In this document: positions 34,921 to 43,272 of the stretch, piece after piece | Position numbering within the stretch: the first letter of the stretch is position 1 | Layout of the letters: each line of letters starts with the position of its first letter | NCBI GenBank assembly: GCA_036555645.1 | Contig: DATBLA010000162.1 | Coordinates: 1 to 52,021 of the forward strand | DNA from: Actinomycetota bacterium | GTDB lineage: Bacteria > Actinomycetota > UBA4738 > HRBIN12 | Length of the DNA: 52,021 nucleotides | Reading direction: 5' to 3' | Program-made: the position numbers and the translations under genes | The notes under the pieces: generated by a model | Told to the model about the DNA's origin: nothing | Database searches by the model: none | What the model saw: only the letters and a program-made list of their open reading frames with translations

Positions 34921-35958
34921 ATGGACGCCCCGACGATCCGCGCGACCGCACCCCTTCGCATCAGCTTCGTCGGCGGGGGCACGGACTTCCCGCACTACTT
35001 CGAGCGCCACGGCGGCGCGGTCGTCTCGGCGACGATCGATCACGCCGCCAGGGTCTCGGTCACGCCGCGGGCCGACCGGCAGATCCGGATCCGCTCGCTC
35101 GATCTCGGCCACCTCGTCGAGTACCACCTCGAGGACGGTCCGGACTACGACGGCGTCATGGATCTGCCGAAGGCGGCGATCGAGCGGATCGGGGTGCCGA
35201 CGGGCATCGACGTCGACATCGCCTCCGATGCCCCGCCGGGGAGCGGGCTGGGGGGATCCTCCGCGCTCGTGACCGCCTGCGTCGGCGCGCTCGCGATGCT
35301 CGCCGACCGCGCGTACACGCGCGAGGACGTGGCTCGCCTCGCCATCGCGATCGAGCGCGAGGACCTCGGGATCGTCGGCGGGTGGCAGGACCAGTACGCC
35401 GCGGCGTTCGGCGGCTTCAACCTGCTCGAGTTCGCGGGCGGCGGTGTTCGCGTCCGACCGCTCGAGATCGGCGAGGACCGGCTGCGGACGCTGCGCGCGA
35501 ACCTGCTGCTGTGCTACACGGGCGCGGTCAGGACCGACCTCGGCCTCATCGACACGCAGATCCGGATGTTCCACGAGGGCCGTGAGGACACGATCGTCGG
35601 CATGAAGCAGCTGCACGAGATGGCCTACGAGGTGCGAGACGCGATCGAGGCCGGGGCCGTCGACGAGCTCGGGGCGCTCCTGCACGAGGCATTCGAGAAC
35701 AAGAAGCGCATGAACCCGCAGATCGCGGCGGGGACACCGATCGAGCACCTGCTCGAGATCGCGGGCCGGGCGGGGGCCTCGGGCGGCAAGATCTGCGGGG
35801 CCGGCGGCGGTGGCTACCTCCTGCTCGCGGGGCGGCCCGATCGCCAGGCGGCGATCCGTACCGCGCTCGAGCGGCTGGGATGCCAGTTCGCCGCGTTCGA
35901 CTTCCGCACCCGCGGCGTCGAGGCGCGAGCGGACGGACGCATCTGGAGACCGACGTGA
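34921..35958 (+). CDS. hddA: GHMP kinase, D-glycero-alpha-D-manno-heptose-7-phosphate kinase type
   Basis: PLRISFVGGGTDFP and PPGSGLGGSSAL GHMP motifs. Followed by gmhB and gmhA. Confidence 0.8.
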   Translation: MDAPTIRATAPLRISFVGGGTDFPHYFERHGGAVVSATIDHAARVSVTPRADRQIRIRSLDLGHLVEYHLEDGPDYDGVMDLPKAAIERIGVPTGIDVDIASDAPPGSGLGGSSALVTACVGALAMLADRAYTREDVARLAIAIEREDLGIVGGWQDQYAAAFGGFNLLEFAGGGVRVRPLEIGEDRLRTLRANLLLCYTGAVRTDLGLIDTQIRMFHEGREDTIVGMKQLHEMAYEVRDAIEAGAVDELGALLHEAFENKKRMNPQIAAGTPIEHLLEIAGRAGASGGKICGAGGGGYLLLAGRPDRQAAIRTALERLGCQFAAFDFRTRGVEARADGRIWRPT

Positions 35959-36515
35959 GCCGCCGGTTCGTGCTCCTGGACCGGGACGGAACGATCAACG
36001 AGGAGGTCGGCTATGTGCTCCGTCCGCAGGAGCTGCGGCTGATCCCCGGAGCCCTGCCCGCGCTCCGCAGCCTCCAGGACCTGGGTCTGGGCCTCGTCGT
36101 CGTCACGAACCAGTCCCCCATCGGTCGTGGAACGCTCACCGAGGACGGGCTCGAGGAGATCCATCGACGCCTTCGGGAGCTGCTCGCGGAAGGTGGCGTG
36201 ACGCTCGACGGCATCGAGCACTGCCCCCACCGGCCCGACGAGGGGTGCGCGTGCCGCAAGCCCCGCACCGCCATGGTCGAGCGCGCGGCGGCGACCCACG
36301 GGTTCGATCCCGCGCGGGCGTGGATGGTCGGCGACCATGCCGGTGACGTGGAGCTCGGCCGGGCCGTCGGGGCCCGAACGATCCTGTTGCTCACCGGTCA
36401 CGGGCCCGAGGAGCTCGAGGGCGGCGCCGGAGCGCACGCGGATCACGTCGTCGCGGACCTCGCCGCGGCCGCCGAGGTCATCCGGGCCGACGCGATGGCC
36501 GGAGCCGGGGCATGA
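35955..36515 (+). CDS. gmhB: D-glycero-D-manno-heptose-1,7-bisphosphate phosphatase (HAD)
   Basis: GTG 35955 (GTGA overlap). LLDRDGTIN, VVVTNQS and the zinc loop CPHRPDEGCACRKP. Confidence 0.85.
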   Translation: MSRRFVLLDRDGTINEEVGYVLRPQELRLIPGALPALRSLQDLGLGLVVVTNQSPIGRGTLTEDGLEEIHRRLRELLAEGGVTLDGIEHCPHRPDEGCACRKPRTAMVERAAATHGFDPARAWMVGDHAGDVELGRAVGARTILLLTGHGPEELEGGAGAHADHVVADLAAAAEVIRADAMAGAGA

Positions 36516-37096
36516 GCCTGGACCGGGTTCGCTCGTATCTGAACGAGACCTCGGCGACGGCCACCCGAACCGCCGATCGATGCGGCGAGGCGATCCTGCA
36601 GGCCGTCGCGGCGATCGTCGAGTCGATGCGCCAGGACGGCAAGCTCCTCATCTGCGGCAACGGCGGGAGCGCCGGCGACGCGCAGCACCTGGCGACCGAG
36701 TTCGTGAGCACGCTCACCCTCGATCGCCGCCGCCCGGCGATCCCGGCGATCGCCCTGACCACCGACTCGTCCCTGCTCACCGCGATCTCGAACGACTTCG
36801 GCTTCGAGGGCGTGTTCGCGCGGCAGGTGGAGGCCCTGGGCCGGCCGGGCGACGTGCTCCTCGGCATCTCGACGAGCGGCGCCTCGGCGAACGTGATCCG
36901 AGCCTTCGAGCAGGCCAGGTTCCTGGGCATGGCGACCGTCGCCCTCACCGGTGCGTCCGAAGGGGGGCTCGGCGACCTCGCCGACGTCGCGATCGCCGTG
37001 CCGAGCTCGGAGACCTCCCACATCCAGGAGGCGCACATCGCCGTCGGTCAGCTCATCGCCTTCCTCGTCGAGGACGAGCTGCACCCGGAACCCTGA
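36512..37096 (+). CDS. gmhA: Phosphoheptose (sedoheptulose-7-phosphate) isomerase, SIS domain
   Basis: ICGNGGSAGDAQHLATEF and GISTSGASANV. ATGA overlap with gmhB. Confidence 0.9.
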   Translation: MSLDRVRSYLNETSATATRTADRCGEAILQAVAAIVESMRQDGKLLICGNGGSAGDAQHLATEFVSTLTLDRRRPAIPAIALTTDSSLLTAISNDFGFEGVFARQVEALGRPGDVLLGISTSGASANVIRAFEQARFLGMATVALTGASEGGLGDLADVAIAVPSSETSHIQEAHIAVGQLIAFLVEDELHPEP

Positions 37097-37178
37097 CCGG
37101 CCGGCGGGTGGCACCACCACCGCGATCGCGGGTGGTCGCCCTCCTGCCCGGACGGCCGGCACGTCGTACGGTCTCGGG

Positions 37179-38099
37179 ATGAGCGCGGTCATCGAGGTCC
37201 AGGGCCTCAGGAAGGAATACCGGCGGCTTCGGGGCGGCAGGACGATCGCCCTCGACGGGCTCGACCTGTCGGTTCCGCAGGGCGGGGTCTTCGGGTTCCT
37301 CGGACCCAACGGCGCCGGCAAGACGACCACGATCCGCTGCCTCCTCGGTCTGGTTCGCGCGTCCGAGGGGCGGTGCAGACTCCTGGGCGCGGACGTTCCG
37401 GGAGGTCTGGCCTCCGTGATCGGGCGCGTCGGCTCGATCGTCGAGAGCCCGACGCTCTTTCCCCGGTTCACCGGCCGGCGGAACCTCGAGCTGCTCGCGC
37501 AGATCTCGGGCATCGGGCGGGCCCGCGTCGGGCAGGTGCTCGAGCAGGTGGGCCTCGCCGATCGGGCCCGTGACCTCGTGAAGACGTACTCGCTCGGGAT
37601 GAAGCAGCGCCTGGGCATCGCCGCCGCGCTGTTGAAGGATCCGGAGATCCTCCTGCTCGACGAGCCCGCCAACGGGCTCGACCCCGCCGGGATCGTGGAG
37701 GTTCGCGAGCTCGTCCGGCGCCTGGGTGAGGAGGGGCGCACGGTGTTCGTCTCGAGCCACATCCTGGCGGAGGTGCAGCAGACCGCGGACCGGGTGGCGA
37801 TCCTGGCCCGCGGCCGGTGCGTCGCGACGGGTCCGGTCTCCGAGGTGCTCTCCTCCCGCGGATCCGGTGGGCTCGTCGTCGGCCTGGACGACGTCGCGGG
37901 CGGCCAGCGGGCGCTCATGGACGCCGGCATCGTCGCGATCCCCGCCGACGGCCGGCTGCGGGTCGAGCTCGCGCCGTCCGAGGCGGCCCGGGTGACGCGG
38001 ACGCTCGCGGAGCGGGGCCTGTACCTGACGGAGCTGCGGCCGGAGGAGGTCGACCTCGAGACCGTCTTCCTCGAGCTCACGCAGGATTCCGACCGATGA
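37179..38099 (+). CDS. ABC transporter ATP-binding protein (ABC-2 exporter type)
   Basis: GPNGAGKTT Walker A, YSLGMKQRL signature, LLLDEP Walker B. Confidence 0.9.
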   Translation: MSAVIEVQGLRKEYRRLRGGRTIALDGLDLSVPQGGVFGFLGPNGAGKTTTIRCLLGLVRASEGRCRLLGADVPGGLASVIGRVGSIVESPTLFPRFTGRRNLELLAQISGIGRARVGQVLEQVGLADRARDLVKTYSLGMKQRLGIAAALLKDPEILLLDEPANGLDPAGIVEVRELVRRLGEEGRTVFVSSHILAEVQQTADRVAILARGRCVATGPVSEVLSSRGSGGLVVGLDDVAGGQRALMDAGIVAIPADGRLRVELAPSEAARVTRTLAERGLYLTELRPEEVDLETVFLELTQDSDR

Positions 38100-38842
38100 C
38101 GGACCTGCTCCTGTCCGAGCTCCGCAGGTTCCGATCGCGCCGCGTCGTGCTCGTGCTCACCGGTCTCGCGCTGCTCGCGATCGCGGTGGCCGGTGTCATC
38201 GTGTTCTCGGCGCACGAGTTCGCGCTCCAGGATCTCCCCGAGGTCCTCATGGGAACCTCGCTCGTGTTCGTCGCGATCGGCTGGGTGCTCGGCGCCTCGG
38301 CCATCGGGGCCGAATGGCACACCGGCCACATCACGACGCTCCTGACGTGGGAGCCGCGTCGCGCCCGCATGCTCGGCGCGAAGATCGCCGCCTGCCTCGT
38401 CTCGGTGTTCGTGCTCTCCTTCGCGCTCCAGATCGTCCTCGGCGCCGTCCTGGCGTTCGACGCCGCCACCCGCGGCTCGACGGCTGGGGTCGACGGGGCT
38501 TGGCTCGCCGAGAGCCTCGGCGTCGTCGTTCGCGTCTCGCTGCTCGCGACGTTCTTCGGGGGGTTCGGGTTCGGGCTCGCCTCGATCGGACGGAACACCG
38601 CGGTCGCGCTCGGCGTCGGCTTCGGCTATCTCGTGATCGTCGAGAACCTCGTCCGCGGCCTGCGACCCCGATGGATCCCGTGGCTCCTGACCGAGAACGC
38701 GGCGCTGTTCGTGATCGACCTCCCGGGAGACTTCCCGCTGCTCGGTCGATCCACGGTCGAGTCGGGCCTCTACCTCGGCGTCATGACCGTGGCGCTGCTG
38801 GTCGCCGCGGGAGTGGTCTTCCGCGTTCGAGACGTGAACTGA
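38096..38842 (+). CDS. ABC-2 type transporter permease
   Basis: ATGA overlap with the ATPase. Six hydrophobic segments. Confidence 0.75.
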   Translation: MTDLLLSELRRFRSRRVVLVLTGLALLAIAVAGVIVFSAHEFALQDLPEVLMGTSLVFVAIGWVLGASAIGAEWHTGHITTLLTWEPRRARMLGAKIAACLVSVFVLSFALQIVLGAVLAFDAATRGSTAGVDGAWLAESLGVVVRVSLLATFFGGFGFGLASIGRNTAVALGVGFGYLVIVENLVRGLRPRWIPWLLTENAALFVIDLPGDFPLLGRSTVESGLYLGVMTVALLVAAGVVFRVRDVN

Positions 38843-38853
38843 CGCCTCACCCC

Positions 38854-38883
38854 TTGACGCTCGAACACCTGTTCGGCTAGCGT
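38854..38883 (+). promoter_or_regulatory. SigA-type promoter candidate (TTGACG -18 nt- TAGCGT) for the DnaQ-GIY-YIG gene
   Basis: TTGACG at 38854-38859 and TAGCGT at 38878-38883, 28 nt upstream of the TTG start at 38912. Confidence 0.45.
38861..38876. promoter_or_regulatory. LexA (SOS) box candidate, actinobacterial type
   Basis: TCGAAC-ACCT-GTTCGG against the consensus TCGAAC-N4-GTTCGA (one mismatch). It lies in the spacer between the -35 and -10 hexamers. Confidence 0.55.
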
Positions 38884-38911
38884 TCGTGATCCTCGCGGCC
38901 CCGGCGGGGAG

Positions 38912-40534
38912 TTGCCGGTGCTCGCGGAGGCCGTTCAGACGACGTTGACGGACGGCGTCCCGCTGTCCGAGGTCACCTTCGTCGTCGTGGACCTCGAGAC
39001 GACGGGTGGCTCCCCGGCCGGCTCGGCGATCACCGAGGTGGGCGCCGTCAAGCTCCGGGGCGGCGAGCGAGTGGGGTCCTTCGAGACCCTCGTCGATCCC
39101 GGCTCGCCGATCCCCCGCTCGATCACGCGGCTGACCGGGATCGACGACCGCCTCGTCGCCGGCGCCCCGCCGATCGAGTGGGTCCTGCCCGCCTTCGTCG
39201 AGTTCGCCCGCGGCTGCACGTTCGTCGCGCACAACGCCTCGTTCGACTTCACGTTCCTGAACGCCGCACTCGGCCGGCTGGACTACTCGCCGCTTCCCGG
39301 ACCCCCCGTCTGCACGGCCAGGCTCGCGCGCCGGGTCGTGTGGCCCGACGTCCCGAACGTGCGGCTTCGCACGCTCGCGCAGTACTTCCGGACGGCCGCG
39401 CGCCCTTCCCATCGCGCGCTTCCGGACGCGGAGGCCTGCGCCGAGATCCTGCACGGGCTGCTCGAGCTCGCAGGCCGACTCGGGATCCACACGCTCGGCG
39501 ACCTGCACGGCGCCGTCCGCGCCCGAGGGCGACCGAACTTCGGCAAGATCCGGCTCGCCGACGGCCTGCCCTCGGGGCCCGGCGTGTACCTGTTCACCGG
39601 ACGGGACGGACGGGTGCTCTACGTCGGCACGTCGAAGAACCTGCGCGCCCGCGTGAAGAGCTACTTCTACGGCGACGAGCGGAAGAAGGTCGTCGACCTC
39701 CTCGAGGAGACGACCGCCGTCGAGGGCATCTCGTGCGCCTCCGAGCTCGAGGCGCTCGTGCTCGAGACCCGCCTCATCGGCCGCCACGAGCCCCCGTACA
39801 ACCGTCGCGGCACGACGTGGAGACGCTACGCGTACCTCAAGCTCGACCCCACCGAGGCCTTCCCGAGGCTCAAGGTCGTTCGCGAGCCGACCGGGGCGAG
39901 CCACGGCGCGGTCTTCCTCGGGCCGTTCCCCAGCTCTCGGCTCGCCCGAAGCGCGAAGGATGCGCTCGAGGACGTCTTCCCCATCCGGCGGTGCACGACG
40001 CCGATGCGGTCCACCACCCGCTTCGCCGCGTGCGCGCTCGCCGAGATGGGTCGGTGCCTCGCTCCCTGCATCGGCGGTGCCGATCCCGAGCGCTACGGGG
40101 AGCTCGTCCGGTCCCTCGCGTCCTCCCTCGCCACTCCGGGCGGGCTCCTCGAAGCGCTCGAGGAGCGCATGCAACGCCTCGCCGAGCAGGAACGGTTCGA
40201 GGAGGCCGCCGCCGCGCGCGACCGGCTCCGAGCCCTCGCCACCGCGCTCGACCGAGCGCGCCGCGACCGGTGGCTCCTCGCCGGCGGCGAGCTGCGTCTG
40301 CTGGCCCGCGACGAGGGGGCGGCGCTGCGGATCCGCGACGGCGCGTTCGTGCATTCTGGCGAGGAGGAGGCCGTCGCGCCGCCGATCCCGCGTTCGCGCG
40401 CCGACGAGGTCGCCGTCCTGCGAGCCTGGATCTCGCGCACGCCCGTCACGATCGAGCACGCCGACGTCCCGCTCGCGGAGCCCGTCGACGGCGGCCTCGT
40501 GCTCCACCGGTTGCTCGGCGTGCTGCACGCGTAG
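38912..40534 (+). CDS. DEDD exonuclease domain fused to a GIY-YIG (UvrC/Cho-like) nuclease domain
   Basis: VVVDLETTGG and AHNASFDFTFL (DnaQ-like). GVYLFTGRDGRVLYVGTSKNLRARV...YN (GIY-YIG). C-terminal UVR-like helical region. Confidence 0.85.
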   Translation: MPVLAEAVQTTLTDGVPLSEVTFVVVDLETTGGSPAGSAITEVGAVKLRGGERVGSFETLVDPGSPIPRSITRLTGIDDRLVAGAPPIEWVLPAFVEFARGCTFVAHNASFDFTFLNAALGRLDYSPLPGPPVCTARLARRVVWPDVPNVRLRTLAQYFRTAARPSHRALPDAEACAEILHGLLELAGRLGIHTLGDLHGAVRARGRPNFGKIRLADGLPSGPGVYLFTGRDGRVLYVGTSKNLRARVKSYFYGDERKKVVDLLEETTAVEGISCASELEALVLETRLIGRHEPPYNRRGTTWRRYAYLKLDPTEAFPRLKVVREPTGASHGAVFLGPFPSSRLARSAKDALEDVFPIRRCTTPMRSTTRFAACALAEMGRCLAPCIGGADPERYGELVRSLASSLATPGGLLEALEERMQRLAEQERFEEAAAARDRLRALATALDRARRDRWLLAGGELRLLARDEGAALRIRDGAFVHSGEEEAVAPPIPRSRADEVAVLRAWISRTPVTIEHADVPLAEPVDGGLVLHRLLGVLHA

Positions 40535-40580
40535 GTCGGCGCCGACGTCGACCGGCCGAACGCGGGCCTAGACTGGCCGG

Positions 40581-41759
40581 ATGGAGTCGGCGGTCATCCT
40601 CGAGGGCGCCCGGACGCCGATCGCCCGGTTCCTCGGATCGTTCGCGCACCTGCCCGCCGTCGATCTGGGCGTGCTCGCCGCCGGGGAGGCGATGCGCCGC
40701 GCCGCCGTGGAACCCGATGCGATCGAGCAGACGATCATCGGTCACGCCCGGCAGGCGGGGAACGGCCCCAACACCGGACGGCAGGTGAGCATCCGCGCGG
40801 GAGTCCCGGACTCGGTCTCGGCGTTCAACGTGAACATCGCGTGTGGGTCCGGCATGAAGGCCGTCCAGCTGGGAGCGCAGCAGATCGCGCTCGGCGACTC
40901 GGAGGTCGTGCTCGCCGGTGGCATGGAGAACATGACGCGGGTCCCGTTCATCCTCGACCGCATGCGAGGCGGCTACCGGATGGGCGACGCGAGCGTCGTC
41001 GACGGGATGTACCGCGACGGCCTGCTCGACCCGCTCTGCGGCCTGATCATGGGCGAGACGGCCGAGAACCTCGTCGACCGGTACGACCTCACGCGCGCAG
41101 AGCAGGACGAGTTCGCGGTCGAGTCGCAGGCCAAGGCCGAGGCCGGGACCGCGGCGCGCGCCGAGGAGATCGTCGCGGTCGAGGCCCCGAACCCGGGCGG
41201 GCGCGAGGCGGTCCGCGTGGACGCCGACGAGCACCCTCGTCCCGGAACCACGCTCGACGACCTCGCGAAGCTGTCGCCGGTCTTCCGGGAGCAGGGCAGC
41301 GTCACGGCGGGCAACTCGAGCGGCATCACCGACGGCGCCGCCGCGATGGTGCTCATGTCGGAGTCGCGAGCCAGGGCCGAGGGCAGGGAGCCGCTCGCCC
41401 GGATCATCGGGATGTCGTGGGCGGGCGTGCCGCCCGAGATCATGGGGATCGGGCCCGTCCCGGCGACGCGCCGGGTGCTCGAGCGGACGGGGCTCTCGCT
41501 CGCCGACATCGACCTCATCGAGATCAACGAGGCGTTCGCGGCGCAGGTCATCGCCTGCGAGCGCGATCTGAAGTTCGATCGCGACCGGGTGAACGTGAAC
41601 GGCGGAGGCATCTCGATCGGGCATCCGATCGGCATGTCCGGGGCCAGGATCGTGCTCTCGCTCGCCTACGAGATGCGCCGGCGCGGCGCGGCGCTCGGAC
41701 TGGCCACGCTGTGCATCTCGGGGGGCCAGGGCCTGGCCGTCGTGCTCGAACGCGCCTGA
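40581..41759 (+). CDS. Acetyl-CoA C-acetyltransferase (thiolase)
   Basis: NIACGSGMKA (active Cys), GNSSGITDGAAA, NGGGISIGHPIG, CISGGQG. Confidence 0.9.
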   Translation: MESAVILEGARTPIARFLGSFAHLPAVDLGVLAAGEAMRRAAVEPDAIEQTIIGHARQAGNGPNTGRQVSIRAGVPDSVSAFNVNIACGSGMKAVQLGAQQIALGDSEVVLAGGMENMTRVPFILDRMRGGYRMGDASVVDGMYRDGLLDPLCGLIMGETAENLVDRYDLTRAEQDEFAVESQAKAEAGTAARAEEIVAVEAPNPGGREAVRVDADEHPRPGTTLDDLAKLSPVFREQGSVTAGNSSGITDGAAAMVLMSESRARAEGREPLARIIGMSWAGVPPEIMGIGPVPATRRVLERTGLSLADIDLIEINEAFAAQVIACERDLKFDRDRVNVNGGGISIGHPIGMSGARIVLSLAYEMRRRGAALGLATLCISGGQGLAVVLERA

Positions 41760-42131
41760 TCAGCCGGAGCCCAGCGTCCCCGCGGGAAGGTCGATCGCGA
41801 CGGGAAGTGCCCTCGCGCGCCAGTCCGTCAGATCCCCCGAGTCCCGGGGCCGGTACTTGTCGAAGACGAGCCGGCGGGCGAGCTCGTCCTCCTCCGCGTC
41901 CACGACGGGCCGGCCGGAGCAGATCACGTCACGATCGCCGAGCCGGAGCCCGACCGTGGGGTGGACCATGAGGTTCTTCACCCAGTCGCTGCCCTCGCCG
42001 CCGCCCGCGAGCACGTACACGACGTCGCCGTGCAGCGCGAACCAGATCTCGACCGTGTGCGGCGATCCGGATCGCCGACCGGTTGTCGTGAGGTAGCAGA
42101 AGTCGAGCTCGGCGAGCTCGACCCGGTCCAC
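41760..42131 (-). CDS. Deazaflavin (F420)-dependent nitroreductase-family protein (Ddn/DUF385-like split beta-barrel)
   Basis: 123 aa from GTG 42131 with YLTTTGRRSGSPHTVEIWF...GSDWVKNL. Confidence 0.7.
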   Translation of the reverse strand: MDRVELAELDFCYLTTTGRRSGSPHTVEIWFALHGDVVYVLAGGGEGSDWVKNLMVHPTVGLRLGDRDVICSGRPVVDAEEDELARRLVFDKYRPRDSGDLTDWRARALPVAIDLPAGTLGSG

Positions 42132-42238
42132 TACCAGACGGCCCAGATCACCAGCGCGACGATCACCACGATGCCCGCGAGGAGATAGAGCAGATCGGCG
42201 CGCTTGACCGAGCCGGGCCGCATCGCGTTGAACCCCAT
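42131..42238 (-). CDS. Unannotated 35-aa single-pass membrane peptide (below the ORF-track size cutoff)
   Basis: My translation is MGFNAMRPGSVKRADLLYLLAGIVVIVALVIWAVW. The ATG directly abuts the upstream TAG (TAGATG). Its own TAG shares the G with the GTG of the next gene (TAGTG). Confidence 0.4.
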   Translation of the reverse strand: MGFNAMRPGSVKRADLLYLLAGIVVIVALVIWAVW

Positions 42239-42502
42239 CTAGCCCTCCACGCCCAGGCGGTAGTACTCGCGGAACGTGGCCTCGGACAGCCAGCTCGCGT
42301 GCTGGCGGACGGTCGAGGCATACACGCGCGCCTCGGACTCGTCTCGGCACGCTCGCACGGACTCCTCCGCACCATCGGGACCGACGATCGCGACGCTCCA
42401 CCCGTGCTCGTCGCGCCGCACCCGCGCCAGGTACCGGTTGGGATCGGTGTGCGACGACGACGCGGCCGTCTCCGGTTCGGTCGCGACCTGAGGGTCGTCC
42501 AC
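42239..42502 (-). CDS. Hypothetical protein (87 aa)
   Basis: ORF lying 4 nt downstream of the preceding gene. Ordinary composition, no motif. Confidence 0.5.
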   Translation of the reverse strand: MDDPQVATEPETAASSSHTDPNRYLARVRRDEHGWSVAIVGPDGAEESVRACRDESEARVYASTVRQHASWLSEATFREYYRLGVEG

Positions 42503-42506
42503 CGCC

Positions 42507-42791
42507 TCAGCCGGACCCGTGGGGGCGCTCGAGCCGTTCGAGATGCTCGCGCGCCTGGGCCAGCACCGTCTCGGGATCGAGAACGAGGTCGGGTTCGAGG
42601 TCGGCGAGCTTCTCCAGGGCGTTCTCCAGGGTGTTGCCCGCGGCCTCGGCGTCGCGGAGCGCGTCCACGAGGACGACCGCGTAGTCCGCCTGGAACGGCT
42701 TGCCGTCCCACGGACACACGCCGCCCTGCTCGATCACCTGCTCGACGAGGAACTCCCGGCCGCACCGCCGGCACGTGCCCTTGATCTTCAC
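42507..42791 (-). CDS. Hypothetical zinc-ribbon-like protein (94 aa)
   Basis: GTG 42791 forms a GTGA overlap with the receiver-domain gene stop. CRRCG...CPWDG. Confidence 0.5.
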   Translation of the reverse strand: MKIKGTCRRCGREFLVEQVIEQGGVCPWDGKPFQADYAVVLVDALRDAEAAGNTLENALEKLADLEPDLVLDPETVLAQAREHLERLERPHGSG

Positions 42792-43189
42792 GCGGTCTCC
42801 TTCCGGGTTCCCGCTACCAGCTCGACGAGCCGATCGGCCAGCTCGAACGGATCCACGGGCTTCACGAACCACGCGTCGGCCCCCGACCACCGCGCGAGCC
42901 ATCGGTCGTGTGCCCGCTCAAGCAGGATGACGATCGCGCCCGGGTACGGCTCGGACGCGCCTCGAAGGTCCTTCGCGAGGGCGAACGCCCCCGCGCGCGA
43001 GGCGATCTCGTCGGCGACGATCACGTCGGGCCGCTCCTGCCGAGCGACGCGGGCTCCCTCCTCGCCGTCGCGCGCCTCCAGGAAGGACAGGCGTTCGCCC
43101 GTTCGGCGCTGGATGCTCCCCACACTGATCCGCATGAGATCGCGCGAGGACGCCTCGGGCGAGACGAGCAGCACCTTCACGCGCGGCAT
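42788..43189 (-). CDS. Stand-alone response-regulator receiver domain, partly degenerate
   Basis: VKVLLVSPE..., DVIVADE (acceptor Asp) and WFVKP (conserved Lys-Pro). The N-terminal acidic pair reads SPE, and the Thr/Ser position reads VILLE. Confidence 0.7.
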   Translation of the reverse strand: MPRVKVLLVSPEASSRDLMRISVGSIQRRTGERLSFLEARDGEEGARVARQERPDVIVADEIASRAGAFALAKDLRGASEPYPGAIVILLERAHDRWLARWSGADAWFVKPVDPFELADRLVELVAGTRKETA

Positions 43190-43272
43190 CCTATCAACGA
43201 GTCCCGAGAGGTTTGAGGCGAACGCAACGGCGAGATATCGTGCGCGCGACCGAGCGCACGAGGGGGACCGGT

